From contig DASPMU010000060.1 in assembly GCA_035626895.1 (NCBI GenBank), positions 1-60,860 of the forward strand: a DNA stretch of 60,860 nt, given 5' to 3'. Of this stretch, positions 17,476 to 26,930 are shown piece after piece (position 1 is the stretch's first letter; every line of letters starts with the position of its first letter). The notes under the pieces were generated by a model that had not been told where the DNA came from, did no database searches, and was given only the letters and a program-made list of their open reading frames with translations. The stretch is from Alphaproteobacteria bacterium (GTDB lineage Archaea > Nanobdellota > Nanobdellia > Woesearchaeales > UBA9642). A program made the translations under genes and the position numbers.

Positions 17476-18657
17476 GTGTATTATTTGCAAGTACCATTTT
17501 TAGATTTAAAACAGCAGTATAATTCTTTAAAGAATGAGATAATTCCGGAGATAGAATCAGTTCTTGAAAATTCACAATTTATACTAGGACCAAAAGTTAT
17601 TGCATTTGAAGAAAATTTTGCAAAGTACTGCAACGTCAAGCACGCAATCGCGCTCAATAATGGAACTGAAGCTCTTGCTTTGGCTTTGATGGCTCTTGGC
17701 ATAAAGACGGGCGATGAAGTAATAATTCCTGCAAACACATTTGTTGCAACAGCTGAAGCAATAGTACAATGCGGCGCCGTGCCAGTTCTAGTCGACATTG
17801 ATCCTGAAAGCTATAACATCAATACAAAATTAATAGAATCAAAAATAACTTCTAAAACAAAGGCAATAATGCCAGTTCATCTTTACGGCCAAATGGCAGA
17901 TATGGATGAAATTCTATCTATTGCAAAAAAACACAATCTCTACGTAATTGAGGATGCATGCCAGGCTCACGGAGCAGAATATAAGGGAAAGAAAGCAGGA
18001 AGCCTTGGAATAATTGGATGCTTTAGCTTCTATCCGGGAAAAAACCTGGGCGCTTATGGAGAGGGCGGAGCATGCGTTACAAATTCAGATGAACTTGCAA
18101 GAAAAATTAAATTATTGCGCGAGCATGGTTCAGAGAAAAAATATTATCATGATATCGTAGGATACAATTACAGGATGCATGGGCTGCAGGGAGCAGTCCT
18201 TAATGTAAAACTGAAATATCTTGACAATTGGAATAATTCGCGAATCAAAAACGCAGGAATATACACTAAAAATCTTGAAGGCTTGAAAGGCTTGATTATT
18301 CCAAAAGCCGGGGCAAATAACAAGCATGTATTCCATCTTTATGTCGTGCAGCTCGCCCAGGCAGGAATTGACAGGGAAGAATTCATCGACAAGCTAAAGA
18401 AACAAGATATAACAGCATTGATACACTATCCTCTTCCGATACATTTGCAAAAAGGATACCAGTTCCTCGGATATAAAGAAGGAGATTTTCCAGTAACAGA
18501 ATCTGCAGCAAGGAGAATTGTTTCACTTCCAATGTATCCGGAGCTTTCAGAAGAACAAATACTTCATGTGTGTAATTCGATAAAGCATATCCTTGCTGAT
18601 ACAAAGACGCAAATTGACGGCGCGGATCAAAGTTATGACTACGAGGATGCTGAATAA
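17476..18657 (+). CDS. DegT/DnrJ/EryC1-family sugar aminotransferase (WbpE-like)
   Basis: NNGTEALALALMALGIKTGDEVIIP and the PLP-lysine context FSFYPGKNLGAYGEGGA. Followed by an oxidoreductase and an acetyltransferase, as in WbpB/E/D sets. GTG start. Confidence 0.85.
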   Translation: MYYLQVPFLDLKQQYNSLKNEIIPEIESVLENSQFILGPKVIAFEENFAKYCNVKHAIALNNGTEALALALMALGIKTGDEVIIPANTFVATAEAIVQCGAVPVLVDIDPESYNINTKLIESKITSKTKAIMPVHLYGQMADMDEILSIAKKHNLYVIEDACQAHGAEYKGKKAGSLGIIGCFSFYPGKNLGAYGEGGACVTNSDELARKIKLLREHGSEKKYYHDIVGYNYRMHGLQGAVLNVKLKYLDNWNNSRIKNAGIYTKNLEGLKGLIIPKAGANNKHVFHLYVVQLAQAGIDREEFIDKLKKQDITALIHYPLPIHLQKGYQFLGYKEGDFPVTESAARRIVSLPMYPELSEEQILHVCNSIKHILADTKTQIDGADQSYDYEDAE

Positions 18658-18658
18658 A

Positions 18659-19741
18659 ATGGAAACTACCAACACTTCAAATTCAAAAATAAGCAGTGAT
18701 AAGATAAGCATCGCAATAGTCGGCCTTGGATACTGGGGACCAAACCTGGTCAGAAATTTCGACAAAGTAAAAGATGTCGAGAAAGTATACATCTGCGATT
18801 TAAAGCAAGAAAGGCTTGATTCTATTAAGGCAATATATCCTAATACCATTGCAACTCGCGATTATAATGAGATTTTAGCAAACAAGGAAATAAAGGCAGT
18901 AGTAATTGCAACCCAGCCTGTTTCAACACATTACAAGCTTGCAAAGCTTGCTTTGGAAAATAGCAAGAATGTATTCCTCGAAAAGCCCATGACCGAATCA
19001 TCGCAGCAGGCTGTTGAGTTAATAGAACTTGCAAAGAAAAACAACCTGATAATACACGTCGATCATACATTCGAGTATTCTGCTCCTGTAAAAATGATAA
19101 AGCAATTAATCGACAGCGGAGAGATAGGAGAAATTTATTCCATAGAAATGCTTAGATTGAATCTTGGAATATTCCAGAATGATTTCAATGTAATCTGGGA
19201 CTTGTGCCCTCATGACTTTTCGATATTAAATTATTGGCTAAATACTGATCCTAAAGATCTCTACGCATCAGGAAGATGCCATATCAATCCGAAAATCGAA
19301 GATGACGCTCATCTGATTGTAAATTATAATGATAAGTTCAATGTTCATATCCATGTAAGCTGGCTAAATCCTCAGAAGGTCAGAAAGACTACAATTGTCG
19401 GCAGCAAGAAAATGATTGTATATGATGATGCTGATCCTATAGAAAAAATGAGGATATATGACAAAGGCGTGACTACTGGAAATGTCGAAGGGATAAACCA
19501 AGAATACGGGACTACAAATCCTAATGAATATACTTACAATTACCGGCATGGAGATATACTCATACCAAAAATAGATTTTACGGAGCCTCTCTTAGATGAA
19601 GCAATACATTTTGTTGATTGCATAAAGCGCGGGGTTAAAACAAAGACTCCCGGTGAATCAGGGCTAAGAGTAATTCGAATGATCGAGCATGCAGCAAAAT
19701 CCTTGAAAGAAGGAAGCAGGGTGAATTTCAATGCCAATTAA
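18659..19741 (+). CDS. Gfo/Idh/MocA-family NAD-dependent sugar oxidoreductase (WbpB-like 3-dehydrogenase)
   Basis: ISIAIVGLGYWGPNLVRNF Rossmann motif and the EKPM motif. The listed ORF starts at 18593 inside the previous gene. ATG at 18659 (METTN...), or at 18647, just after or overlapping the upstream stop, is more likely. Confidence 0.75.
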   Translation: METTNTSNSKISSDKISIAIVGLGYWGPNLVRNFDKVKDVEKVYICDLKQERLDSIKAIYPNTIATRDYNEILANKEIKAVVIATQPVSTHYKLAKLALENSKNVFLEKPMTESSQQAVELIELAKKNNLIIHVDHTFEYSAPVKMIKQLIDSGEIGEIYSIEMLRLNLGIFQNDFNVIWDLCPHDFSILNYWLNTDPKDLYASGRCHINPKIEDDAHLIVNYNDKFNVHIHVSWLNPQKVRKTTIVGSKKMIVYDDADPIEKMRIYDKGVTTGNVEGINQEYGTTNPNEYTYNYRHGDILIPKIDFTEPLLDEAIHFVDCIKRGVKTKTPGESGLRVIRMIEHAAKSLKEGSRVNFNAN

Positions 19742-20195
19742 CAATGTCAAACTTGGAAAGAACACAAAAATATTCCATGAGACTTTAGTAAATATCTACG
19801 GATGCGAGCTTGGGGATAATGTTACAGTGGGGCCATTCATCGAGATACAAAAAGGAGTCAAGATAGGAAACAATGTAAAAGTCCAAAGCCATTCTTTCAT
19901 TTGCGAGGGAGTTACAATTGAAGATGATTGCTTCATTGGCCACAGCGTAATTTTCATCAATGATAAATATCCAAAATCAGTAAATGCCGACGGCACAAAA
20001 CAGTCCGATGGAGACTGGAAAGTTATCCCGACGCTTATAAAGAAAGGAGCATCGCTTGGCAGCGGCTCCATTATAATGTGCGGAATTACAATCGGCGAGA
20101 ATTCAGTAATAGGCGCTGGAGCTGTTGTTACAAAAGACGTTCCGGCAAATACTGTTGTTGCAGGAGTTCCTGCAAGGCTTATTAGAAATCTATAA
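19731..20195 (+). CDS. Hexapeptide-repeat N-acetyltransferase (WbpD/WlbB-like)
   Basis: Left-handed beta-helix repeats VGPFIEIQKGVKIGNNVKVQSHSFICEGVTIEDDCFIGHSV...IGENSVIGAGAVV. 11-nt overlap with the upstream gene. Confidence 0.8.
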   Translation: MPINNVKLGKNTKIFHETLVNIYGCELGDNVTVGPFIEIQKGVKIGNNVKVQSHSFICEGVTIEDDCFIGHSVIFINDKYPKSVNADGTKQSDGDWKVIPTLIKKGASLGSGSIIMCGITIGENSVIGAGAVVTKDVPANTVVAGVPARLIRNL

Positions 20196-20207
20196 TTAAA
20201 TTTATAT

Positions 20208-20954
20208 ATGATCGATAATTTTGTTTATCTAATGAAAAGTTTAACAACTAAAGACAAGGAATACTTCAAAGGCAAGACTATTATGATAGCAATGCCTACA
20301 TATAATGAAGAAAAAAATATCGGAATTGTTGTTCGGGATGCATTTAACGTTCTTAAGAAAATAACTCCGAATCACGGTGTTTTGGTTTTTAATGATGGAA
20401 GTACTGATTCTACAGGCAAGGTTCTTGAAAACTTGAAGAAAAAATATTCAAAACTTAAGGTAATTCACATTCCTAAAAATAAGGGAGTTGGAAATGCAAA
20501 TAATGTAATATATAAGAGCGTAAAGGGAGACATCTTATTCTGGAACGCTTCAGACAACCAGATTCACATGGATGAAATATTTACAATGCTTCCTCACATA
20601 AAGGATAATGACATTGTAGTAGGAAACAGAGTTCATAGGGCAGATAATTGGCTTCGAAGATTAATGTCCGGGTGCTTTAGCCTCGCTCTTCGAATAAGAT
20701 TCGGCCTTCCTGTAAAGGATATCGATTCAGTTAAAATATTTAGAATTGACGTATTCAAGAAAATAAAGCCGGAATCAAAGACTGCGTTCATTGAAACTGA
20801 AATACTGATCCGGGCAAAAAAGAAGGGCCTTAGAATAATTGAAGTTCCAATAAAGCATTATCCGAGATTAAGCGGAAAAGCGCAAGGAGTTAGACTTAGG
20901 ATAATTATTCCTCAACTAAAGCAAATGTTCAAGGCAATATTTACTCGATGGTAA
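20208..20954 (+). CDS. GT2 glycosyltransferase, polyprenol-phosphate sugar synthase type (DPM1/ArnC/AglD-like)
   Basis: IMIAMPTYNEEKNIG...VFNDGSTDSTGKVL...WNASDNQ (GT-A fold with DxD-like motifs). Paralogue of 46134..46841. Alternative in-frame starts at M9 and M26. Confidence 0.7.
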   Translation: MIDNFVYLMKSLTTKDKEYFKGKTIMIAMPTYNEEKNIGIVVRDAFNVLKKITPNHGVLVFNDGSTDSTGKVLENLKKKYSKLKVIHIPKNKGVGNANNVIYKSVKGDILFWNASDNQIHMDEIFTMLPHIKDNDIVVGNRVHRADNWLRRLMSGCFSLALRIRFGLPVKDIDSVKIFRIDVFKKIKPESKTAFIETEILIRAKKKGLRIIEVPIKHYPRLSGKAQGVRLRIIIPQLKQMFKAIFTRW

Positions 20955-21034
20955 AGATAATAATACCTATGGATAATTATAGGATGTAATATCAAATATA
21001 ATCATAAATAATATTAAATTATGGAGATGAAATA

Positions 21035-21727
21035 ATGGCCAAAGATTCTTTTCACAAGATTGCATTGATAAACCAGAAGAGCCGTGACGTGGCACTAGCA
21101 GAATTTCTAAAATTAAATGTTCCAAAAACTGCAAAAATAATTGATGTGGGATGCGGCAGCGGATCATGGCTAAAAGTATTAAGAGATCTTGGGTACAAAA
21201 ATATCTATGGAACAGACATGAATGCTGAAGAGCTTTATGTAGATAAGATAAAAGTCCCGTTCAAGGAAGCAAATTTCAACAAGCCATTCCCTTACAAGGA
21301 CAAGGAATTTGACGTCGTATTCTCTCTTGAAGTAATCGAGCATGTAGAAAACCCTTGGTTTTTCATGGAAGAGATACAAAGAATACTAAAACCTAATGGA
21401 TATTGCATAATGACAACTCCAAATCCAGATATGCTTGCGAGCAGGATAATATTTTTGCTTGCAGGAAGATTCGTGCATTTTGGCGGTGGAAGCCTAAGCT
21501 ATGAGCAGAATAGGAAAGAGCCTCTAAAAGACAAGCATAGAACTCCAGTCTTTCATTTCTTATATAGGGAAATGGTCTATAAAAGATTCAAAATTCTTGC
21601 GTACAAGGGGAACGGAGTTCATCCATTGATTGCGGGGCATGAAGCGTATATAGGAATAAAGAGCCCGTTATTTGGGATGAACAAGATATATGTTCTTCAA
21701 AAAACATTCCCATATTTCAAGATGTGA
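21035..21727 (+). CDS. Class I SAM-dependent methyltransferase
   Basis: SAM-binding motif IIDVGCGSGSWLKVLRDLGY, plus DVVFSLEVIEHV and ILKPNGYCIMTTPN. Confidence 0.75.
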   Translation: MAKDSFHKIALINQKSRDVALAEFLKLNVPKTAKIIDVGCGSGSWLKVLRDLGYKNIYGTDMNAEELYVDKIKVPFKEANFNKPFPYKDKEFDVVFSLEVIEHVENPWFFMEEIQRILKPNGYCIMTTPNPDMLASRIIFLLAGRFVHFGGGSLSYEQNRKEPLKDKHRTPVFHFLYREMVYKRFKILAYKGNGVHPLIAGHEAYIGIKSPLFGMNKIYVLQKTFPYFKM

Positions 21728-21737
21728 ATATATTCTC

Positions 21738-22133
21738 ATGACTAAAAAAAATAAATCTACACAAAAACAAAGAACATCTCTTTCTGCGATAATTCTTGTA
21801 GTAATATGCACATTATTTACAGCTGCAGGACAATATTTCATAAAGAAAGGCCTGCTCAATGTTGGAAATTTCTGGGATTTAATCAATTTTTATCTAATAG
21901 GAGGATTTGTAATATACGGCCTTGGGGCAATTCTTTTGATCAAGGCTCTTAGAAGAGGGTCGCTTTCAGTTTTATATCCGATAATTGCCCTGGGATTTAT
22001 CTGGGTAGCGCTTCTTGGAACGCTAGTTCTTGGAGAAAAACTTACAACACTAAATTGGCTTGGAATATTTAGCATAATCTGCGGCGTAACATTTGTCGGG
22101 CTTAGCGAGAATTACAAAGGTGATTCAAAATGA
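21738..22133 (+). CDS. Small EamA/SMR-like membrane protein, first of a pair (ArnE/ArnF-like candidate lipid-linked sugar flippase subunit)
   Basis: Basic N-terminus MTKKNKSTQKQRTS followed by hydrophobic helices (LFTAAGQYFIKKGL...). The ATG at 21738 is preferred over the listed 21690, which overlaps the previous gene. Confidence 0.5.
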   Translation: MTKKNKSTQKQRTSLSAIILVVICTLFTAAGQYFIKKGLLNVGNFWDLINFYLIGGFVIYGLGAILLIKALRRGSLSVLYPIIALGFIWVALLGTLVLGEKLTTLNWLGIFSIICGVTFVGLSENYKGDSK

Positions 22134-22471
22134 TTGCCTGGTATAATCTGCTACTAATAATAATATCAACAATGATAGGCGCAGTTGGAGCTTTAACACT
22201 AAAAAATGGGGCGATGAACATGCGCGGAACAATAATCCAGAAGATTTTGAATTTCAAAGTCTGGCTGGGATTATTCTTATATGGCCTTGCATCATTGATT
22301 GCAATATTTGTTCTTCTCAAAGAGAATGTTTCATTGATATATCCACTGACAGCAATGAGCTACATATGGGTAATACTGCTTTCAAAGATATATCTGAAAG
22401 AAAACATCAATGCATACAAGATTCTTGCAATAATATTTATTATTCTAGGCGTGACGCTATTAACCATATAA
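22130..22471 (+). CDS. Small EamA/SMR-like membrane protein, second of the pair
   Basis: 113 aa, almost entirely hydrophobic helices. 4-nt overlap with its partner. Similar in layout to 41132..41482. Confidence 0.5.
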   Translation: MIAWYNLLLIIISTMIGAVGALTLKNGAMNMRGTIIQKILNFKVWLGLFLYGLASLIAIFVLLKENVSLIYPLTAMSYIWVILLSKIYLKENINAYKILAIIFIILGVTLLTI

Positions 22472-22492
22472 GCTAGTACGTACCAACTATAT

Positions 22493-23758
22493 TTAATTCT
22501 GAGAAAGAGTATCGTATATCCTCTCGTAAGTTTTTAGGATTTTGCCTGCATCATAATTATCATGATAATTCTTTATTGAGTTCTTGCTCATTTTCTTCAA
22601 GAGAGTTTTGTTTTTAGCAAGCTTTACAACTCTTGCTGAGTATTTGTAAAAATCATTGCTTAATTCTAGTTCGCCGTTGTAGCCAGTCTTGATGATATCG
22701 CGAACACCACCGATGTTAAATCCTACGACTGGAAGTCCTGCTCCTTGGCATTCTATAAGCGCGTTAGGAGTTCCCTCAAATTTCACGTTCCTGTTTGTAT
22801 GAAGGAATAAATCCGAAGCATGATAATATTTGAACAAATCTTCCTTGACGACCCAGTCGATTAATTTGCAGTTGCTTGCTCCGTGTTTTTCTTTTGCTTC
22901 TGCTATTGCATTCTTTATTTCTTTTGAGCACTCGCCGCTTCCGATTATTAAGAAGTATAGATTTTTATTGTTTTTATCCTGGAGTTTTTCTATGATTGCC
23001 TTTGCAGCCTTTCCTGATCCCTTGCCTTTCATCAATCTGCCTGCATACATTAGTATTGTCTTATCTTTCGGAAGATCAAGTTCTTTTCTCAGTTCTGATT
23101 TTGATTTTTTTACATTAACCAAGTCAACAGGATTTGGTGCATACATGACTTTATTCTTTGGCAATTTGTAGAATCCAAGAAGCTTTTTCTCCTCATCTTT
23201 ATTCTCTGCAACAACAAGCTTTGCGAACTTGAATATTATCCTGTTCATTATCCAGTATTTATAGATAGAATAAGGAAGAGTCTTGATGCTAAATCCTGCT
23301 CCCCGGTGATGCAATGCGAAATTTTGTTTGTATTTTCGCAAAATTATTGAAATAGGGTCAGACATTAAAAGGTAATAAGAATTTATATGCCAGATTAATT
23401 CTTTGTTTTTTCCTTCTTCGGACTTGCATAAATCCATTATGTATTCTAGCATGCTCTCAGATGTCTCAAGAGGAAGAGGAGAGAATTTTGGGAAATCTTT
23501 TGGAAATAATTTTATTGTAAAGCCTTTGTTATGCTTGATAGTGAGAGGTTTTTTTATTGCAGAGCTTATTGCAAGAAGCTCAAAATTGTATTTGTTTGTA
23601 TGCCTGATCATGAAGTCGATGTATCTCGTGCTGAAATGATCAAGAGACTTTATGTCCTTGATGTTTTTCCTTAATTTTGGAAAGAAAGGCTCATAGGTAT
23701 GTGGGAGAACAAATATTACTTTTCTTCTAGTCATGCTTTTAAGCGCGAGGAGCTCCAT
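22493..23758 (-). CDS. GT4-family (GT-B) glycosyltransferase
   Basis: C-terminal domain with ILMYAGRLMKGKG and E-x7-E motif FEGTPNALIECQGAGLPVVG. Confidence 0.75.
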   Translation of the reverse strand: MELLALKSMTRRKVIFVLPHTYEPFFPKLRKNIKDIKSLDHFSTRYIDFMIRHTNKYNFELLAISSAIKKPLTIKHNKGFTIKLFPKDFPKFSPLPLETSESMLEYIMDLCKSEEGKNKELIWHINSYYLLMSDPISIILRKYKQNFALHHRGAGFSIKTLPYSIYKYWIMNRIIFKFAKLVVAENKDEEKKLLGFYKLPKNKVMYAPNPVDLVNVKKSKSELRKELDLPKDKTILMYAGRLMKGKGSGKAAKAIIEKLQDKNNKNLYFLIIGSGECSKEIKNAIAEAKEKHGASNCKLIDWVVKEDLFKYYHASDLFLHTNRNVKFEGTPNALIECQGAGLPVVGFNIGGVRDIIKTGYNGELELSNDFYKYSARVVKLAKNKTLLKKMSKNSIKNYHDNYDAGKILKTYERIYDTLSQN

Positions 23759-23822
23759 TTAAAGTTTGTGAAAATATTCTGCATATTAAATGATCACTTA
23801 ATGATAGTAAATTTTCATAATA

Positions 23823-23830
23823 TTTATAAA
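23823..23830 (+). promoter_or_regulatory. TATA-like box TTTATAAA, leaderless geometry
   Basis: Centre is about 26 nt upstream of the ATG at 23852. Confidence 0.45.
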
Positions 23831-23851
23831 CAATGTTGTGATTATTGTTTT

Positions 23852-24736
23852 ATGAAGAAAAAGATACTATCATTCGGATATGATGATGAAAGACCTTACG
23901 GAAATCTTGCCGATACAGACAAAGGCAGGGAATTTCGCTCAAGGAAAATGGATTTCATGGAACAATTAAATCAAATGTTTGATGATTATAATTGCCCGAG
24001 AACATTCTTTATATTAGGACAGTATCTTGACAAATGCACAGAAACAGTAAATATCTCAAGATTAAGAGAAATCTATAACAAAGATAATTCTAAAATAGAT
24101 ATTCAGCAGCATTCCTATTCTCATCCTGCAATCAGAAAGATAGCAGGAAGAGATGATAAAATTCCTATGAACGCAAAAGAATTTGCAGCTGACATTACAA
24201 AAGCAAGCAATACAATTGAATCAATCATAGGAGTCAGGCCTTACGGACTTAGAACCCCTCTTGGATACCCTCATGACCTATCAGATCTGCCAGAATTAGT
24301 AAATGAATTAAGAAATGCAGGAATAACATATGTATCTTCAGATTTAAGGTCCATAAGCGATTGGCCTGAAGATACGCTTAATGGCCCTCTTACAAAAAAC
24401 AGGCAGCCTCACAATTACAAAAACATTGGCGTTCCTGAATTAATTGAAATACCGTCGCATGGCCTTCAGGACGTAGTATTTACAGAAGAAATGTCTATGA
24501 GATTTCTAGGAGTTCACCCATGGCCTGAAAATAAGATATTTGATCACTATAATGATATATTGATTCAATCAGATAAAATTGATGCTCCAGTTGTAAGCGT
24601 TGCATTATGCCTGCATCCATGGGCAGTAATGGAATATGATAAGAATCTAAACATCCATAAAGAATTGATCACTTCTGCCAAAGATAAAGGCTTTGAAATA
24701 AAATCTTATTCTCAAGTTGCAGATATGTTTAGATAA
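23852..24736 (+). CDS. Polysaccharide deacetylase (CE4/NodB-like)
   Basis: MKKKILSFGYDDERPYG (Asp-Asp motif) and QQHSYSHP (His-x-x-x-His-like motif). The listed ORF start 23699 overlaps the divergent gene; the ATG at 23852 fits the TATA spacing. Confidence 0.6.
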   Translation: MKKKILSFGYDDERPYGNLADTDKGREFRSRKMDFMEQLNQMFDDYNCPRTFFILGQYLDKCTETVNISRLREIYNKDNSKIDIQQHSYSHPAIRKIAGRDDKIPMNAKEFAADITKASNTIESIIGVRPYGLRTPLGYPHDLSDLPELVNELRNAGITYVSSDLRSISDWPEDTLNGPLTKNRQPHNYKNIGVPELIEIPSHGLQDVVFTEEMSMRFLGVHPWPENKIFDHYNDILIQSDKIDAPVVSVALCLHPWAVMEYDKNLNIHKELITSAKDKGFEIKSYSQVADMFR

Positions 24737-24768
24737 AAAAATCCGCGAGCCTGATGGCATTTTTAGAA

Positions 24769-25644
24769 TTAAACAGAATAATCCAATTCTCTGAATTTAA
24801 ACCTTATTATAGAATGAAGTTTTGTAGTATCGCAGACAATCTTTGGAGTTTCATTTGCCCTGTATCTTTTTTCATCGACAACTATCTTGAGATCTTTTCC
24901 AGAAGATTTTATCATTTTATTTATCATGTCGCGCAGATTGTATTCAATGCCGCTTCCTATATTATATATCTCGCGAGAAGGAGCATATTCTAAAAGAAGC
25001 CTGTATGATTTTACAACATCGCGGACGTCAGAGAAATCTTTTACTATGTCAATGTTTCCAACATATATTGAATCGCCATCTTTGGCATCTCTTATCTGTT
25101 TCTTAAGTGAAGGGACAAAGAAGTTTTCTGCCTGGCCTTCTCCAGTATGGTTGAATTGCCTTGCAATTATCACGTCAAGGCCTGAATCAAGGGAAAGTAT
25201 TTCCTGTCTTATTCTTGAATCTGCATAAGGAGACTCTGGAGTTGGAATTGGGCAAAGCTCATCAATCGGAACATATAAAGGATTTCCGTATACAAGAACT
25301 GAAGAAACTATTAGTATTCTTGGATTTATATTAGAATCTTTGTTTAATTTATCAGCTGCATTTAAGAGGCTTTTCGTTCCCTTGACATTTATATCCATGC
25401 ATTCCTGTGGATGCTTGAAGCTTTCAGGAAGATTGCTAAATCCAGCCAAGTGATATATATGAGTAGGCTTGATTTTAGATACTATCTCGCTGACTTTATC
25501 ATTATCACGAACGTCGCATGAGAATCTGTTATGTCCTGACGCGTTCCTTGAGAAACCAAAAACCTCATAGCCGTGGCTTAGAAGCTCCTTTTCCAGATGT
25601 TTTCCCGTAAATCCATCGATCCCTGTTATCAATGCGGTTTTCAT
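24769..25644 (-). CDS. Extended SDR, GDP-4-keto-6-deoxy-D-mannose reductase-like (Rmd-like)
   Basis: MKTALITGIDGFTGKHL Rossmann motif. Immediately downstream of gmd. The catalytic motif reads SPYADSR (Arg where YxxxK has Lys). Confidence 0.55.
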   Translation of the reverse strand: MKTALITGIDGFTGKHLEKELLSHGYEVFGFSRNASGHNRFSCDVRDNDKVSEIVSKIKPTHIYHLAGFSNLPESFKHPQECMDINVKGTKSLLNAADKLNKDSNINPRILIVSSVLVYGNPLYVPIDELCPIPTPESPYADSRIRQEILSLDSGLDVIIARQFNHTGEGQAENFFVPSLKKQIRDAKDGDSIYVGNIDIVKDFSDVRDVVKSYRLLLEYAPSREIYNIGSGIEYNLRDMINKMIKSSGKDLKIVVDEKRYRANETPKIVCDTTKLHSIIRFKFRELDYSV

Positions 25645-25667
25645 GTTTATTATAGATAAATTAATAT

Positions 25668-26828
25668 TTATTTTATGTGAAAGTTAGTATTGTCCTGGAC
25701 GGATCTTTTTTGCGCAAAATCAGGAGCTGAATTATTCTGGATTTTCATGAAATGCATGTCATTGTTTACTGTATTTACAACGCTTCTGTCTGCATTCTTT
25801 CCAATCCATATTAGATCATATTCGACCATTTCTTTGACTAACTCTTTGAATGTTACTTTTGGAGACCATCCAAGCTTTTCTTTTGCTTTTGTACTATCTC
25901 CTATTAAAATATCAACTTCAGCAGGCCTGAAATAATAAGGACTTATCTTGACAATTGTCTTGCCGGTGTCAGTTCTGATATATTCTTCTTCAAGGCCTTT
26001 CTTGCCATTGCTTTTGACTGGAATTCCTGCGACGGCAAATGCTTCTTCTAAAAATTCTCTTACTGAATATGTTTCTCCTGTTGCGACTACATAATCATCT
26101 CCTTCAGGCTGCTGCAGCATTAGCCACATTGCTTCGACATAATCTTTAGCATGTCCCCAATCTCTTTTAGCGTCAAGGTTTCCTAAATACATGCAATCCT
26201 TCAAGCCTTTCGTGATTGAGGCGATATCCATAGTTATTTTTCTTGTCACAAAATTTTCTCCTCTTCGCGGAGATTCGTGATTGAATAAAATTCCGTTGCT
26301 CGTGAATATATTGTAGCTTTCCCTATAATTCTTGCAAATCCAGAATGCATACAATTTGGCAACGCCGTACGGGCTTCTTGGATAGAACGGAGTTGTTTCC
26401 TTCTGAGGAATTTCCTGAACTTTTCCATAAAGCTCTGAAGTTGATGCTTGGTAGAATTTTATGCTCTTGCCAGTCTCATCCTTGATTTTTCTGATTATTT
26501 CTAAAAATCTAGTTACTGCAAGCCCTGACGCTTCTCCAGTATATTCCGGGATGTCAAAGCTGATTCTTACATGGCTTTGCGCCGCCAAGTTGTAAATTTC
26601 ATCAGGCATTATCTTGTGGATAGCGTTTGATAATGACAATGCATCATTTAGATCGCCGTAGAATAATTTGAAATTAGGATTATCATGCAGATGATCAATT
26701 CTTTCCCTTGTAAATGTTGATGTTCTTCGAACAAGACCATAGACAGTATAGCCTTTCTCCAGCAAGAATTCTGCCAGATATGAACCGTCTTGACCGGTAA
26801 CACCTGTTACAAATGCCACTTTACCCAT
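25668..26828 (-). CDS. gmd: GDP-mannose 4,6-dehydratase
   Basis: [50 protein letters not shown] and [17 protein letters not shown] are textbook Gmd signatures. There is a ~45-aa C-terminal tail. Confidence 0.9.
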   Translation of the reverse strand: MGKVAFVTGVTGQDGSYLAEFLLEKGYTVYGLVRRTSTFTRERIDHLHDNPNFKLFYGDLNDALSLSNAIHKIMPDEIYNLAAQSHVRISFDIPEYTGEASGLAVTRFLEIIRKIKDETGKSIKFYQASTSELYGKVQEIPQKETTPFYPRSPYGVAKLYAFWICKNYRESYNIFTSNGILFNHESPRRGENFVTRKITMDIASITKGLKDCMYLGNLDAKRDWGHAKDYVEAMWLMLQQPEGDDYVVATGETYSVREFLEEAFAVAGIPVKSNGKKGLEEEYIRTDTGKTIVKISPYYFRPAEVDILIGDSTKAKEKLGWSPKVTFKELVKEMVEYDLIWIGKNADRSVVNTVNNDMHFMKIQNNSAPDFAQKRSVQDNTNFHIK

Positions 26829-26930
26829 GTATTCAGAAATTCAAGATTTGCTTTTAAACTTTATGGTGTTGTAATCAATACCTGTCGACAATATGTTGTG
26901 ATAGTTAGGGGACGAAATTAAATAAAGAAT

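Noticed and set aside
18593-18658. Upstream 22-codon extension of the Gfo/Idh/MocA ORF overlapping the aminotransferase gene
   Set aside because: The extension lies entirely inside the preceding gene's 3' end. The ATG codons at 18647 and 18659 sit at or just after that gene's stop and precede the Rossmann motif at a normal distance.
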